64,000 nucleotides of DNA, taken from Yuukianura sp. NJ FZ-2021 (Eukaryota). Both the position numbers and the translations under genes were made by a program. Below the pieces are notes generated by a model. That model saw only the letters and a program-made list of their open reading frames with translations, did not search any database and had not been told where the DNA came from. This document shows positions 1-12,284 of the stretch, piece after piece. The stretch is from NCBI GenBank assembly GCA_046563655.1, contig CM102290.1:7688001-7752000 (forward strand). Direction: 5' to 3'. The first letter of the stretch is position 1. Each line of letters starts with the position of its first letter.

Positions 1-564
1 AGCAACGGTAGATTTCGAAATCTGTCATTAATCTCCGACATCTTGGTAGACAATTTACGACATCTTTTGTCACTCCACTGATTTACATTTACGTCGACAA
101 AAAACCTGTCAAACGACTAGGATTCTGAAGATGTTCCACCAGTGACTCAACATTATTCAACACACGGATGAAACAAGAAAATCCGAAATGTTCATAACAA
201 AAAAGTCACGACAGTGACAGCGTTCAGTACGAGGTCAGGCGCTCAAAAAACAGCTTGGGGCAGCATTTTTTCTCAAAGAAACGCAGCTTCTCTTATTACG
301 TTACAAAATTTACTGTCTCCAAGAGAAATCCTGCTAAAAGACTTTTATTATAATTTTACCAGTGACCTAATAAATACTGCACCGGAATTTCCAGAATACT
401 GTCCGTGCGTTGCATTCTCGAGGAACAGACAACCTTTAACAATGAATGCCTTTGCCTTGACGAAATTGGAATTGATATTTTGAAAACGACCACAACAGCC
501 TACAAAAAAAAAACAAAAACACGACAAATTTTCAAAAATTGACGCCACCATATCAGACAACAAA

Positions 565-2980
565 ATGGTAAGTTAATTCGCATGCGTAGCATTTTTTCCA
601 AAAATGGATATTTGCTCAAAATCTCTTCCTAAACTCGATGACATCAGAATCCAAAGTTCAAATTTTCCAAATTTAAAAGTAGTAAATTCCTCAACTGGCG
701 GGTAATAGAGTGAAAAATGTACTGAAAGAGGCCAAAACTGAATTTCCCAAATTTTTTCTGAACACATTGTCTGGTCTTTGCCTAAAAACGCTATAGCGCA
801 GGGAATCGCAGGGAAAATTCATGCGCTTCGAATGACTATAGAGCCGTTCCCTGCCAATTCTTATACCGTAGAATACCTCAAACTTGGTAAGTTAGAAGTG
901 TGATTCCCTCGGAAAAATATTATAAAGTAGAGGTAACCCGGTTGAGTACACTGTTTTACCACGATATAGTCTCTTGTTCAATCAGTTCAGGTGATTGTGG
1001 GTGGATTAGGTTGATGTGTGGGGTTAAAACAGTTATTTCCAATGTGCGTCAAATTTAGTTACCACTGAGAGAGCCCAGTTATTATAGTAAAGGTGTCACA
1101 AGGAACTTCTGGGGGATGCTTGACCCGTTAGTGCTCGTTATGAAGATTTGAAACGTAGGCTCAATCTGTCATTGAAAGATTCAGTAAGTGTTAAGTGCTT
1201 GTCCTGGCATGGCATGATATTCATACTCATCATTCCAATTAGCTCCAACACCTTGAAAGTTACTTACCACTTTCCATTTCCAATCCATATTTTAACATGA
1301 GGCCATCCCACTGAGTCAGCATAGTTGTGGCCGTGTTGAGCACAGGACTAGTTCCCAGTTGAATTTTAGTTGACCCTAGATGATTTTAAAACAATTTAGT
1401 TAGCATTACCTTCAAAGAATCTCTAGAAGAAATCTATTGTTACTTTGGAAATTTTAATCATCAATTTTCTGATTTAGTTCAAGAAAGTGCGTAAGTTTTG
1501 CAAACGGCATCACACCAAGCTAACTTCAGAAACTTATGAATACGAAGTTTTCGTCAATGAAGAAAGGACAATGGAATTTGGAATGGAAAGCACCATGGGT
1601 CAGGTCGATGAACGCATTGCCTTTGGACCAATGGCCAAAGGTCAGAAGAGATATGGAAGTACAGCTAGGCGACCAGCCAAAGAAGATGCTCAAGGATTCC
1701 CATATACAGTTCGAGGTGGGGACACTCTTCAAGGACTGGCTGTGAAGTTTGGTGTCACGGTAAGTTTCAACACCTACCCTATATAAGGCAAAGGCGGGTT
1801 CACACCGGACCACTGGATGGATTTTCCATCCACTGGACGGCAATCCAGTCGTTCACACCAGATTTACTTTCTCTCGATGGATCATCTAGAGAAAGTTTGG
1901 GTGGATTTTTTATCTATGGACTGGATTTTCGTTCGTACATCGAAAAAAAAATCCATCCATGGAAATTTTTCTCACTGGATTCTGGAGAGATATTTTTCAC
2001 TGGAGAGATGAGAGAAACGATCCAGAACAAAAGCACTCATTGTCAGTTCAACTTTTTGGTCTGCATCGAAATCCATCCATGGAAAAAATATCCAACGTCC
2101 TTTTTCCCTAAAATCCGACGAGAACTAGACAAAATTTTATCCATGAAAAAGATAGATGGAGTTGATGGATCCAGTATTCCGGTGTGAACCCGCCTTAAAT
2201 ATAACCTCCATGAAACATTTCCTGGACACTTTCCATTGATCATTTCGTGTATTGCAGACTGAGCAGATACGACGAACAAACCAGTTGTGGACAAACGACA
2301 GTCTATTCCTCCGTGATAAGCTCATAATCCCCATCCCTGTTCCGCATCTGGACAATGGAAATAAACTAAATGGACAATCCTCAACCTCTTCCCTTGTGTC
2401 CTCTGGTTCCTCTGTTCCAGAATGTCGAAGTAGTGCAACTACCAATGGCAGCACCAGTCTAAACCAAGCCTCTCAAACACTTTCCAATGGCATATCATCT
2501 ATGTCAGAGGAACTGAGTTACCATTCTCCTGAACCCATGAGCACTGGAAGTAAACACTGGACTCATCCACTGAGTGACTCATTCGAGTATGACGATGGAC
2601 TCACAACTCCTGATTCAATCAAGCTGGACACGGACACTCCACCGAGTCCAAATTTCGGAACGGCCAACGACTCTCATCCGAATGGTGCTATGCCTTACGC
2701 TGAAAAAGGAACTGGAGACTCCGGACAACACCTTGTCAGTGACCACTCTGACAAAACTGCTAGTGAGTTCCTGTCTCGAATCGATATTGCTATAGCCTCA
2801 ACTAAACAAAAGACGCTGCCCAACGCACAGACGTGTCAACCTTGGGTAACTTTTGAGTCTGACAGTGAATCAGAGCAGCACCTTAACCGATCTGGGACAT
2901 CAGTCCTTGCTCATGGTCGTCAACTACGCCATTCTCTACGGAAACTTGAAAAGAAACAAGAAGAGCTATTTCAACTGTAA
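565..2980 (+). CDS. LYSMD1/2-like: LysM-domain protein, LYSMD1/LYSMD2-like. Exons 565-567 (tentative, ATG only), 1478-1759, 2258-2980; alternative start ATG 1571
   Basis: The LysM motif YTVRGGDTLQGLAVKFGVT|TEQIRRTNQLWTNDSLFLRDKLIIP is split by a phase-0 GT(1760)-AG(2257) intron. It also has the upstream RYGST motif, an EFLSRIDIAIASTK helix and a C-terminal QEELFQL, all typical of animal LYSMD1/2. Stop TAA at 2978-2980. The first exon is uncertain. Confidence 0.88.
1791..2196. mobile_element. MITE in the LysM-gene intron, probably PIF/Harbinger-like
   Basis: Exact 19-bp TIR AAGGCGGGTTCACACCGGA (1791-1809) / TCCGGTGTGAACCCGCCTT (2178-2196), extending to ~28 bp with 2 mismatches. The interior is rich in TCCAT/ATGGA and CTGGA/TCCAG motifs and has no coding capacity. 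The superfamily call is inferred from the GGC..TTCACAC terminus and the TTA on the right flank. Confidence 0.75.
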
Positions 2981-3265
2981 CGGGCTCACTCACACTTACT
3001 AAAATCTCATCATCACCTCTTTGGAAGTGTGAACGACTGAAATGCAAATGCAACTATTTCCACCGATAAAACTCCATGCAAGAAATCTAAGTCATCCCTG
3101 ATACCATATATTTATGGTGTAATATAACCATGAAATAAGATCAAAAGAGACTTCAAACAGAAATAAATATGTCAATTACGGCTATTTAAGAACTATGGAT
3201 ACTTTCACTTACCGAAACTGGCAACGAAAGTTGGTCTTCTTGTTACTGATAAACAGCATTTCCTT

Positions 3266-5068
3266 TCATTCGCCAAATCCACTGTCACCGGATGGACTGA
3301 CATATGGGGCCGGTGAAATCGAAAGTTCGCGGTCTCGTCCATTGAGAATATCGTCGGCAACTAGCTTAAGGTCTAGGTCATTTGCTTCAATTTCAGAGTA
3401 AAAATCGTGATCGAAGAAGTCTTCAAATAAAATGACGAGATCATCATCGGCGTCCACCTCTGCGTTATTAGCTCCAACAGTATCCTGCAATAAAAAAGAT
3501 CAGAGATCAATCAGATACGAGATTCGGATATCATTGGTTAATTAAGACTTTGAATTGATTATGGCGAAATTAATCGGAATTCTAAAAAAAATGCTGCGAC
3601 ATCATATTCATATGTGTAATAATAATCACTACCATTCGCATCACGTTACAAAACCCAACAAAGCTTAGCAAAAAAGCAAAGCATATCCAATTTCAGTGGC
3701 ATAATCAACAGAGATGTAGCTAACAAAGCTTTTTAGAATTTGAATCACAATTAACTTGAATAAAAATTTTCCCATTGTGCGAAATGGGGTTGGCTGGGAA
3801 TGAGTGCGAGTCTGAAATTTGCACGCATATTTAAGCGACTTCCAAAGATTCTCTATTGTGCTAAATCGAAATCCGAATTCATTTTCGCAAATTACTGTTC
3901 TGCCGAGTTTAAGCAGGACAATCGTTTGGAAAATGTGGCAACTCTGCCTTCCAAAGCCAACTTCGTCTTTTGGCGTTACTTCTTTTCATTAAAACACAAC
4001 ACCTTTAGCATAAAAAAACATGTACGATGTAGGCAGAGGACATTCAACTGGATCAAGTGACCAGGATAATGATATTCGTACTCACATTTTCAGGTACATT
4101 GTTTTGTGGTCCATACGACAGTGGCTCCTCGTTCGACACTTCTTCCTGGTTGCTAGGACTTACATGTTCAGGCGCAATATCTTGTTGTCCAGTTGACACT
4201 GGTACCTCTTCATCCTCTGATTCCTGTTCTTCCTCGCTGCTAATTACATTTCTCCGTCTGTTTTGTTGTCCAGTGGACATTCGAACCTTGTCCTCGTCTG
4301 ATTCCTGTTCTTCGTCGCTGCTAATTACATTTCTCCTTCTGTTTTGTCGCCGAGTTGACATTCGCACCTCATCCTCATCTGATTCTTGTTCTCCGTCGCT
4401 GTTAAGTACATTTTGCAGTACAATGTTTTGTTGTCCAGGTGACACTGGTTCCTCGTCGGAATCCTGTTCTCCGTCGCTAGTATTTACATTCTCAGGTACA
4501 ATGTTAGGTGCGTCAACTGGTAGTTGGAGTTGGTCCGATGTTTCTTGTTCTGGATCTACTATCACCGGCTTAATTCTTAGAAAGTCGTCAAAAATACGTG
4601 GATCGATTGTAGAGGCCACTACCGGTGGTGTGACGACACATTTTTTAAAAACTTCAGCAACGTGTATATTGCTAGCCTCGGGTTTTGCTGTCCTAAGTAG
4701 TTTGGTTTGTATCCTCTCTGCTTCCCTCCAGTGCATGAGCGTGGGCGAATGGTCTAAAATTTTAACCAGCAATAATAAATTACTTGGCAAAAAACGGTGC
4801 CATATTTGGCGTTGAGCAGTGATGATCTCATTCATTAGTCATTTTGCCTGATTCCTAGTTGTCTAGTTTCTAAAAACTAAACGATCAATTTCGACTTACT
4901 CCTGGCCTCCCAATTCACTTTTGTTCCAGTATAACCAGGTGGAAGATTCAGTTTTTTAACTTTGATTACCGGAGTGAAGGTTTTAAGTGATATCCAAATA
5001 GCACTCTTCTTTCTTTTCGCTTCTATCATTTTTGCACGTTTTCTCCTTTTTGGTTCTGTCGGTCCCAT
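3266..5068 (-). CDS. Hypothetical protein (~350 aa) with a basic N-terminus and acidic 27-aa repeats; predicted exons 5068-4900, 4753-4086, 3484-3266
   Basis: Canonical minus-strand junctions join in phase: AGGA|gtaagt...ttttag|AC (phase 1) and AAT|gtgagt...ttgcag|GAT (phase 0). The frame stays open across the repeats (SDEEQESDEDEVRMSTGQQNRRRNVIS). No recognisable domain; the start codon is uncertain. Confidence 0.55.
4090..4500. repeat. Coding tandem repeat, ~81-bp unit, about 5 diverged copies
   Basis: A TC(C/T)TGTTCT motif recurs near 4221, 4302, 4383 and 4461 (period 81, 81, ~78), always preserving frame. Confidence 0.85.
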
Positions 5069-8000
5069 TGAACAATGTAACTTCGAGCACTGGCTTTGTA
5101 GTGTAAAGGATAACTGGAAACCGTACACAAGTACACACCATCCTGAGCTCCACGAAGACTAGGATTGTTGAGGTCAGCAGGCGACTTCCTCGCTGGACGC
5201 AGGGCTTTGTGGACTACTGTGGGGTGGGAGTACAAATCCGACGGGTGGAAATTAGAAATAAGCAGAGTTACATTTTATCATTTAGTTGTTGATGTCATTA
5301 GAATGCTCGACAATGTAAAGAAAGGAATTTTAGTTACGTGACGTCATCTTACACGTCGCCGGCAGTCAGGTTTACAGTCCGTAGCAGTCAGGTTTAAACG
5401 TGTTAATAACGTCAGATGCGGCTAGGATAAGGTTATTTGTACTCCTTAAATAGTTCTACCCCTGCACGTCGTCCAGCAGATCCAAGACCCAAAACATGTG
5501 TAAAAACCATACAAACCTTGGGATAACAGTATACATGCGATTTGCCTTGTAATCATGATTTCATGATGAAATTGTACTCACCTGGAATTGTTTTATCACT
5601 GAAGTTGTGCCTGTCTCTGCATAGTCGTCATCAGGTATAAAATCGCAGCAAATTAAAATTCAAAATTACCTTACCTTTGTCAGTAAAAGTTCAAAGTATA
5701 ACGACTTCGAGTATGCTTCTCGGTTGGGATAAGGTTTAACGACAGTCAGGTAGTCACACAGTGTAGCCCTTCCGGCAAACTTTAGTGGTCCTGGTTAGAA
5801 TGGGTGGCTACATTGTGCGGCAACTTATGTTGCCACTTCCGGATAGGTTGGATTAAACTAGCTACTTAAGTTGCCATTCAGCTATAGCCCCCTGGGATAC
5901 CCACTAACAATAGAGGAGTGACTACAGCGTGGTTGCAATGATGATCGGTAATCCTTACTTCAACCTGCTTTTCTCATTTATCACATCGCTCGGATTTAAA
6001 AACAGCGCCAATAATAGCAAGCTTCTGTTTAAAAGAAATTTTCACCTCTCTAACGCCATCTCTCATCTGGGATTTTGTACAGAAAAACTGGCAGTGGCAT
6101 TCCTTTTTACACACGTAAATCAAATCATTGCAAACATTTTCTATCTAAAATTGGCTCCAATACAAAATGGCTGCTTGAAATGCCCAGTTCTCTTTTTGTT
6201 CAAATGAAATCCTAGGTGAAAGTGACAGAGGCCAGCCTTCTGCTGAGGCTGTATGGTTAATGACAGGAAATGAATCATTGGATCCCTTGAGATTGGCTGT
6301 CGTCGTCAGTGTCACCAGGGACTTGACTAGGCAAGAGGAATAAATCCTCTTCTTCACTGGAATAGTGAACCCCTTCTGGATGCACTACTGAAGAATAATG
6401 GAACTATGGAACTCCATGAACATCCCTCACAAAAGCAGTCACCACATAATCGCTTCCCAAAGTTCGTTCAACCTCTACCGCCACCACCACCACCCCTAAT
6501 TTCCTTCCGCCTTCAAGTGTTAGTTGTGATAGGCTGATGGCTTTCACTCCCGAGGTTACGTTAATTAAGCTTCCAAGAAATTAGACTGGTAAAACTAGGG
6601 CATAGTCTGAATCTTGATTTGGCTAACGGTGTCGTCGTCCTTAGCTTGAAAGTAGAATGCTTTTTAAGAAAGTCGAATATGGCTTAACACGGGACATTTT
6701 GGAACAGAATTTTGTTTGAAGGCTGGAGGGGGACGCTGAGCCAAAAACTTTGGAAGGCATTGACTCGTGTAATCGAATATGAAATCAAGCTAACGCTGGC
6801 AAGGTCTCTTAAGGTCCTCTCCATTCACCTGGAAGCTGGAACGGCTCGGAGCATGCTGCGTGACGTTAAGTTAGGCCTGGGTGACGAAGGATCTTGAGAG
6901 TGAAGTGGATTTGGAAGTCAAGATCTTATTAGTACCACACCGGTAAAACTCTAGAGAAGATCAGCAATATAGCTCAAGTCCTCTGACAAAGATGGTAACT
7001 AATGACGGAATTGGCAGACACTGGTTCTTGGTTCAGCGATTTTTGGAAGCGGTGCGCCTGGAGCTGAAGCTCTTCAGAAAGAAGAAACATTTGATGCAGC
7101 AGAGCCCTGCGGACGTTTCTGGCCTCGCATAATAAAGGCTTTTCTTCCAGAAAAGTGAAAGAAGGTTCGATGAGTCCTGGTTGAATGCCTATGTCGCCAC
7201 GGGGGGAACAAGATCACCTAACCTAAGAAGATCAGCTTATGCCCTCCACAACACTAAACCCCAACAAAAGTATTATTCACTATCCAAATCTCTACTAAAT
7301 CAATAACCCATCCTAAGCCCCACTTTCTTTCCTCCGGACCTGATGGGGAAAAAAAAGAAAGCCAAAATTCACTTTTGGGGCAAGCAGTATGAAATTTCTA
7401 CCCAAAAGCCTTATAACGAAAAGAAAATTCGATTTCGTTTAGAAACAACTTTGGAGTTTTCTGAGTCATGCTTTTTTTTTTAAATTACGACTACGGTTTA
7501 CTTTAGAAAAAGTCGAAAAAATGTCTACTTTCTCGACATTTCTATTTGTGTTAAAATTTTTTAAACACTGACGAATGCGGCAAGAAATGAAGGAAAGCAT
7601 GGCAAGAAATGAAGGAAATGAATTTTTTCCGAAATTTATTTGTGTTCGTTTTCACTATTGGGACGTTTTATATCATTTTCAATCGTTTTCCACACAAAAA
7701 AAAATTGGTGGGAAACGTATGTATGTTTTTGGACTTTGTCGTTTTTGAACTTTTGCGAAAATGAAAGGAAGGGAGGACCCTTCCCTTCAAGAACAAAAAT
7801 TTCACTTTCGCCCCAAACCCACTTAAAACTTACTTTTACACTATAAAACGTTGTTTTAGCGAAAAAAATTGAAAATGTCAAACTGGACCGAAAATTTTTC
7901 GGATCCAGGAAAAAAACATTTTTTTTTAAACAAGTTTTTCGAAAAAGTCTTCCGCTTTCTTTTCTCTCAAAGACGTGCTAAACTATTTCCAACCGTTTTC

Positions 8001-9424
8001 CGAAAAAAAAATTAATTTTTTTAAAAGTTTGCAGTGTACCCAAGACGTTTCGGGCGATTTATGAATTTGCAAAATCTTCCACCGTTTCCATAAGCATCGG
8101 TATAAGGTCCCATACACTGTACTACTGAAGTATGTAGGACAAAATTTTAGTTTCAAGGACAGTAAAAATCATACCGTCTGAGGACAAAATTATAAGTCTA
8201 TATTGGTGCTTAAAATCACAACTAACTTTCACCTTTGTAAATATTTAATCAGCAAAACACATCGACATTCTGTAAGACTACACTCTGTGTTTTTCCTTTG
8301 AACGGTAACTTAAACACCGAAATGACTCTAAAGCATCAAAAGGTCAAAGAGAATACAAAAGAAGAGCAGCAGAGCTTCAAAGTTCAACAAACATCGTTTC
8401 TTGTCTTGTGTTAAAATTTGAAAAGTTTTTTTTCAGAAATGGTCGTGAGTGGATACTGCCGCGATAGTTTCTCCCGCTGGTCGTGGATACTGCAAAGGAA
8501 TTGTGTGGATGGAACGGGAATAAGGCCGCTTTTGCTTTTATCCAGCAACTTTTGCAAGTCCCAATCTAGCCTCTTCCTACTGCTGCTGCTGCTGGATTTG
8601 AAGCGCTTTTTTTATTGAAAAGAACATTTCTTCTTTTGGACGAAGAGAATAGGATGAAGATGAAAAGAAAGAAGAAAAACAGATTTGAACACAAAAGATG
8701 ATTGGGACTGGAAGAGTGTTTGGAATCGCTGCCTTTTTTTAACAATCTTTCGTTTTTTAACAATTTTGTTTGGAATCAGTTGCGGACTCTCCAGCAGAGC
8801 CAATGTCATGAACACGTTGAAATGGTATAAAAATATACTTTTGAAATGTATCGAAATGAACAGAAATTATGGCCACGTCCCAAAATCTGCCGGAAGTTTC
8901 TCATTTTGAAAGTGGAAGTTTTCAAGAGGATCGGACATAAACGGACGTCAGCAGGAAAATGGTTTCGGTCCAATGGATTTCCCGGCAGGGAGACAACGAC
9001 AACGTTAGTCACAAGTGCGTTGGACAGAAGATGATTGATGTGAAAGCATAGTGTTACTCAAAACGATTTGTAAATAAGTTAAAGGTCATTTCTGTCTAAA
9101 GCATATTTCTCGCTTATTTCATATTCAATCACATCTGCTTACTTACTTAAAGTTTCAAATTTTGAAAGTAAAAACTTTATATGAGGCATTTTTTTTCGGG
9201 GAAAGTTTCTGTAAATTAAAAGAAAGTTTAAGATTTTTTGCTAACTTTTACCCCAGACGACTCTACGAGCATAAAACTATTTCCCTCAGGAAAACTTCTC
9301 TTTCGTTTTTGGTTTTGCTTTTCACAACATTTTTTAAAAAGAATGATTGGGCTACACTACTATTTGTCTTAATTTTTGCTACAATTGCAATAAAATCAGT
9401 TTAGCAGAAACCATTAAGCCTTCC

Positions 9425-11170
9425 ATGAAGAGGATGAGAATGAAGATGTTGTTCTGTTGTTATTTGTGGTAAGACATAAGGAATTGTTTTTGTTTGAGAC
9501 AGCGACTTGACCTCAATTTATTTTTATCTACTAAATATAAAAAGAAAAAAGTATCTAACTACTACGAATGAAACAAAATGGTTTAATTTGAGGCTTTGAT
9601 TTTTCGAGTGTATTTACTGAAATTTTGGTAAAATCAAAAAATGAGCGGAGGACGAAGAAAAAGGGAAAGTGTGGTGGAAACAATTTCCAAAATTGACTCT
9701 GCTGATTTGATGCGCCAATTGTCTGAAGCTGGTTGATTTGTCCATACAATCACACTGTGTACTTGAATTAAGCTTAAGTTTGAAATTAGTTTTGGATTGC
9801 TCAGGTACCCTGCGGAGATTGGACTTATTGACTACGGTATAAAATGAAAGACAAAGTCTGCCAGACGAACACTGCACATACTTTGTTGTTCAAATAGAAA
9901 AACGGAACTTTGAAAAAAGTTTGTTGTGGAAGCGCGTCTCCTCTCTTCCGATTTGTTTCTATTAAGGTTCCCTTGGGACACTTCCTGAAATGGATTCCAA
10001 AACCCTGCGCCTCTTGACTTGCCTCGTCTGTTCCTGGCATCTAATTGTTTCCGAAGCAGAAGGCAGCGGCGGGAATTCTCGGATTGTCCAAAGATCCGAC
10101 GGCTGTGGGCCTCATCCTCTAGTGGCTCTTGTTGCAGCATCTCGTCCCTACGGTAGGTTTCAATTCTAATCTTGATTTCTGCATCTATTGTGAATGAGCT
10201 ACATACGAACAACCCACCAAAAATAATTTAAAGAAATTTGAAAAATTCAAGGAGTATATGCCCCTCTTCTCCCGCCGCTTTTGAAACCAAAACCGGAAAG
10301 TTACATCTCTATTAAGTGTCCTACTTTCTCTGTCTACTTTGTACGCAGAACATTCAGTTACATACTTCCGCTGGAATCATTTGCATTGGAACTTAACCCA
10401 TGGCATGCCACGGGTTAGGTAAAGCTTATCCCATGAAAAGTTATTTCTACCCGGAAGGTGAGACGATCCTTGCATTCAGTAGCTCAGTTCCTGACAAGGT
10501 TTTGTGGAAAGAATAAACTTTCTGCTAGGAAAAATTGAGTTGTCAAATTGACGGGTTTTTACTAGAAGTAAGACAATCCAACCCAATTTTAGTGAGGAAC
10601 GAGCGGAAAAGCAAATTTTATGCCACATTTAGATATGACTATGACACAAAAAGAATAGAGCTGTAATTTTTCATCCTACGCTTCCAGAATAAAACTGAAA
10701 TTATTTCATAAAATCCGCCTTTTCTTTTCAGTTCCCGTCTTTTGAATCCTTTGCAATATGACCTTTGTGATATTAAAATTTTACCTTTTACCTTTTCACG
10801 TTTACTCACGAAAACCGTAGTACGTGAACTTTCAGTTTGAGAGAAAACTCAGATCAATACTTTTTAATACAAAGCCTTAAAAAACGAAATTACAAATTAA
10901 AAAAAAAACAAATGTGTAGGTTCGGGTCCGGCTCCAAGCCTGAGTGAAGTTCTTCGAACAGCCAAGGCAAATCCAGACGTTTGGGCGACGATGAGCATCT
11001 TGTTGAGACGCTATGATGACTGTATTCGTGCTGGTGATGGACTCCATTTCAAGCGTGCCGCTGGAATTCCTAGTTCAAATCCATTCAAGTCAACTGAAGA
11101 AATGTGGGAAGATCGACTTTCTTCTCCGACGGAAGATTTGTTCCAGTTTCCAACATTTTTTACAAAGTAA
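9425..11170 (+). CDS. Candidate small secreted protein / peptide precursor (~116 aa); predicted exons 9425-9468, 10358-10413, 10920-11170
   Basis: The last exon follows tgtgtag and is open for 83 codons: GSGPAPSLSEVLRTAKANPDVWATMSILLRRYDDCIRAGDGLHFKRAAG...FFTK*. Two upstream GT-AG exons join in phase to give a signal-peptide-like N-terminus (MKRMRMKMLFCCYLCYILPLESFA). The upstream exon choice is speculative. Confidence 0.4.
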
Positions 11171-12284
11171 AAAAAATCCGGGAGACAGTTGCCTGTTCTT
11201 GAAAAAAAATTGGTTATAGAAAAGTAAAAAAATTTTTTTTTGATGCTTTCATTTACACGTCTCAAAAATTATGTACCCCAAAATTAATAACTTTTTTTGA
11301 CCTTGCAAATAAAATTTCACGAAAAGGAAAATGTGAGACTTTAGACGGTTTTATTTTTAAAATGGATTTGGTGGTAGAAAATGTTTGAAAGAACAGGAAG
11401 CCCCTAGCTCGGTAAATATTTTGTGTCCAATTTGGGAAAGTTTTTTTTTCAAAGATTTAATATAAAAAAGAGAAAACTTCCAAAGTTTGTTGCGTGACAC
11501 GGGTAGGAAAGTAGGATAAAGCAGAAAAAATGTAAAAACTGTGCGTAAAAAACACGGGAACCATGTAATTTTGCAGGCCTTTGGCTAACTTCCTCCCGAT
11601 CCAAATCCCATTCCACCAGCTTTCACCGTGAAGCCTATACTGAACCAAGAGTAAACACAGAAAATACTATACGCCTTTTTATTATTTCCACTTTCATTTT
11701 TCTTTTCCCAGGTAAATTTCAACTTCCGAACTTCGAAAAAGGAACAAGTTTGAGTTCCAAAGTTTTCCTTTGTACAATCACCACATCACAATATGCTTTG
11801 TGTATGTTCCACTTTTCTCTTTCATTTGTGCCCAATTTATCGTCACGGTTTGGAAAGAAACTTGTCGATGACACGTGGGTGGTGGTAAAAGTTTACTCAT
11901 TTTTTTTTAAAACGGAACTGTTTTCAATAAATAGCAAAACAAACGCTAACATTCACACCATTACGATTGTCGTAAACGAAAACATTTAAATTTTTGGAGC
12001 TAGGTTGGGAAAAACTTTCAACTTAAATTTAGTGTATGCCTGCAGCTACTATCTCAGTAAAATCTGTGAATTTTTTTAAGGTAGTGAAAGTAGTGAAAGT
12101 AAATTTTGGAGGTAATCATGCTTGGAATCCAATCCAGAATGACTCCCAGTACTTAGTATGCCTCCGCTTCCTTCCAAAGTTTCCACTTGAACCAACCACT
12201 AAAAATACGTTCACTTTCTCTCTGCCTTCCCTGGAGACAACTACTACTACCACGAAAGCAGTAGAAACCTTTGGTTTAGACTCA

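Noticed and set aside
4057..4815. 252-aa Ser/Cys-rich plus-strand ORF
   Set aside because: Most likely the antisense shadow of the repeat-containing minus-strand exon, which has in-phase splice sites on both sides.
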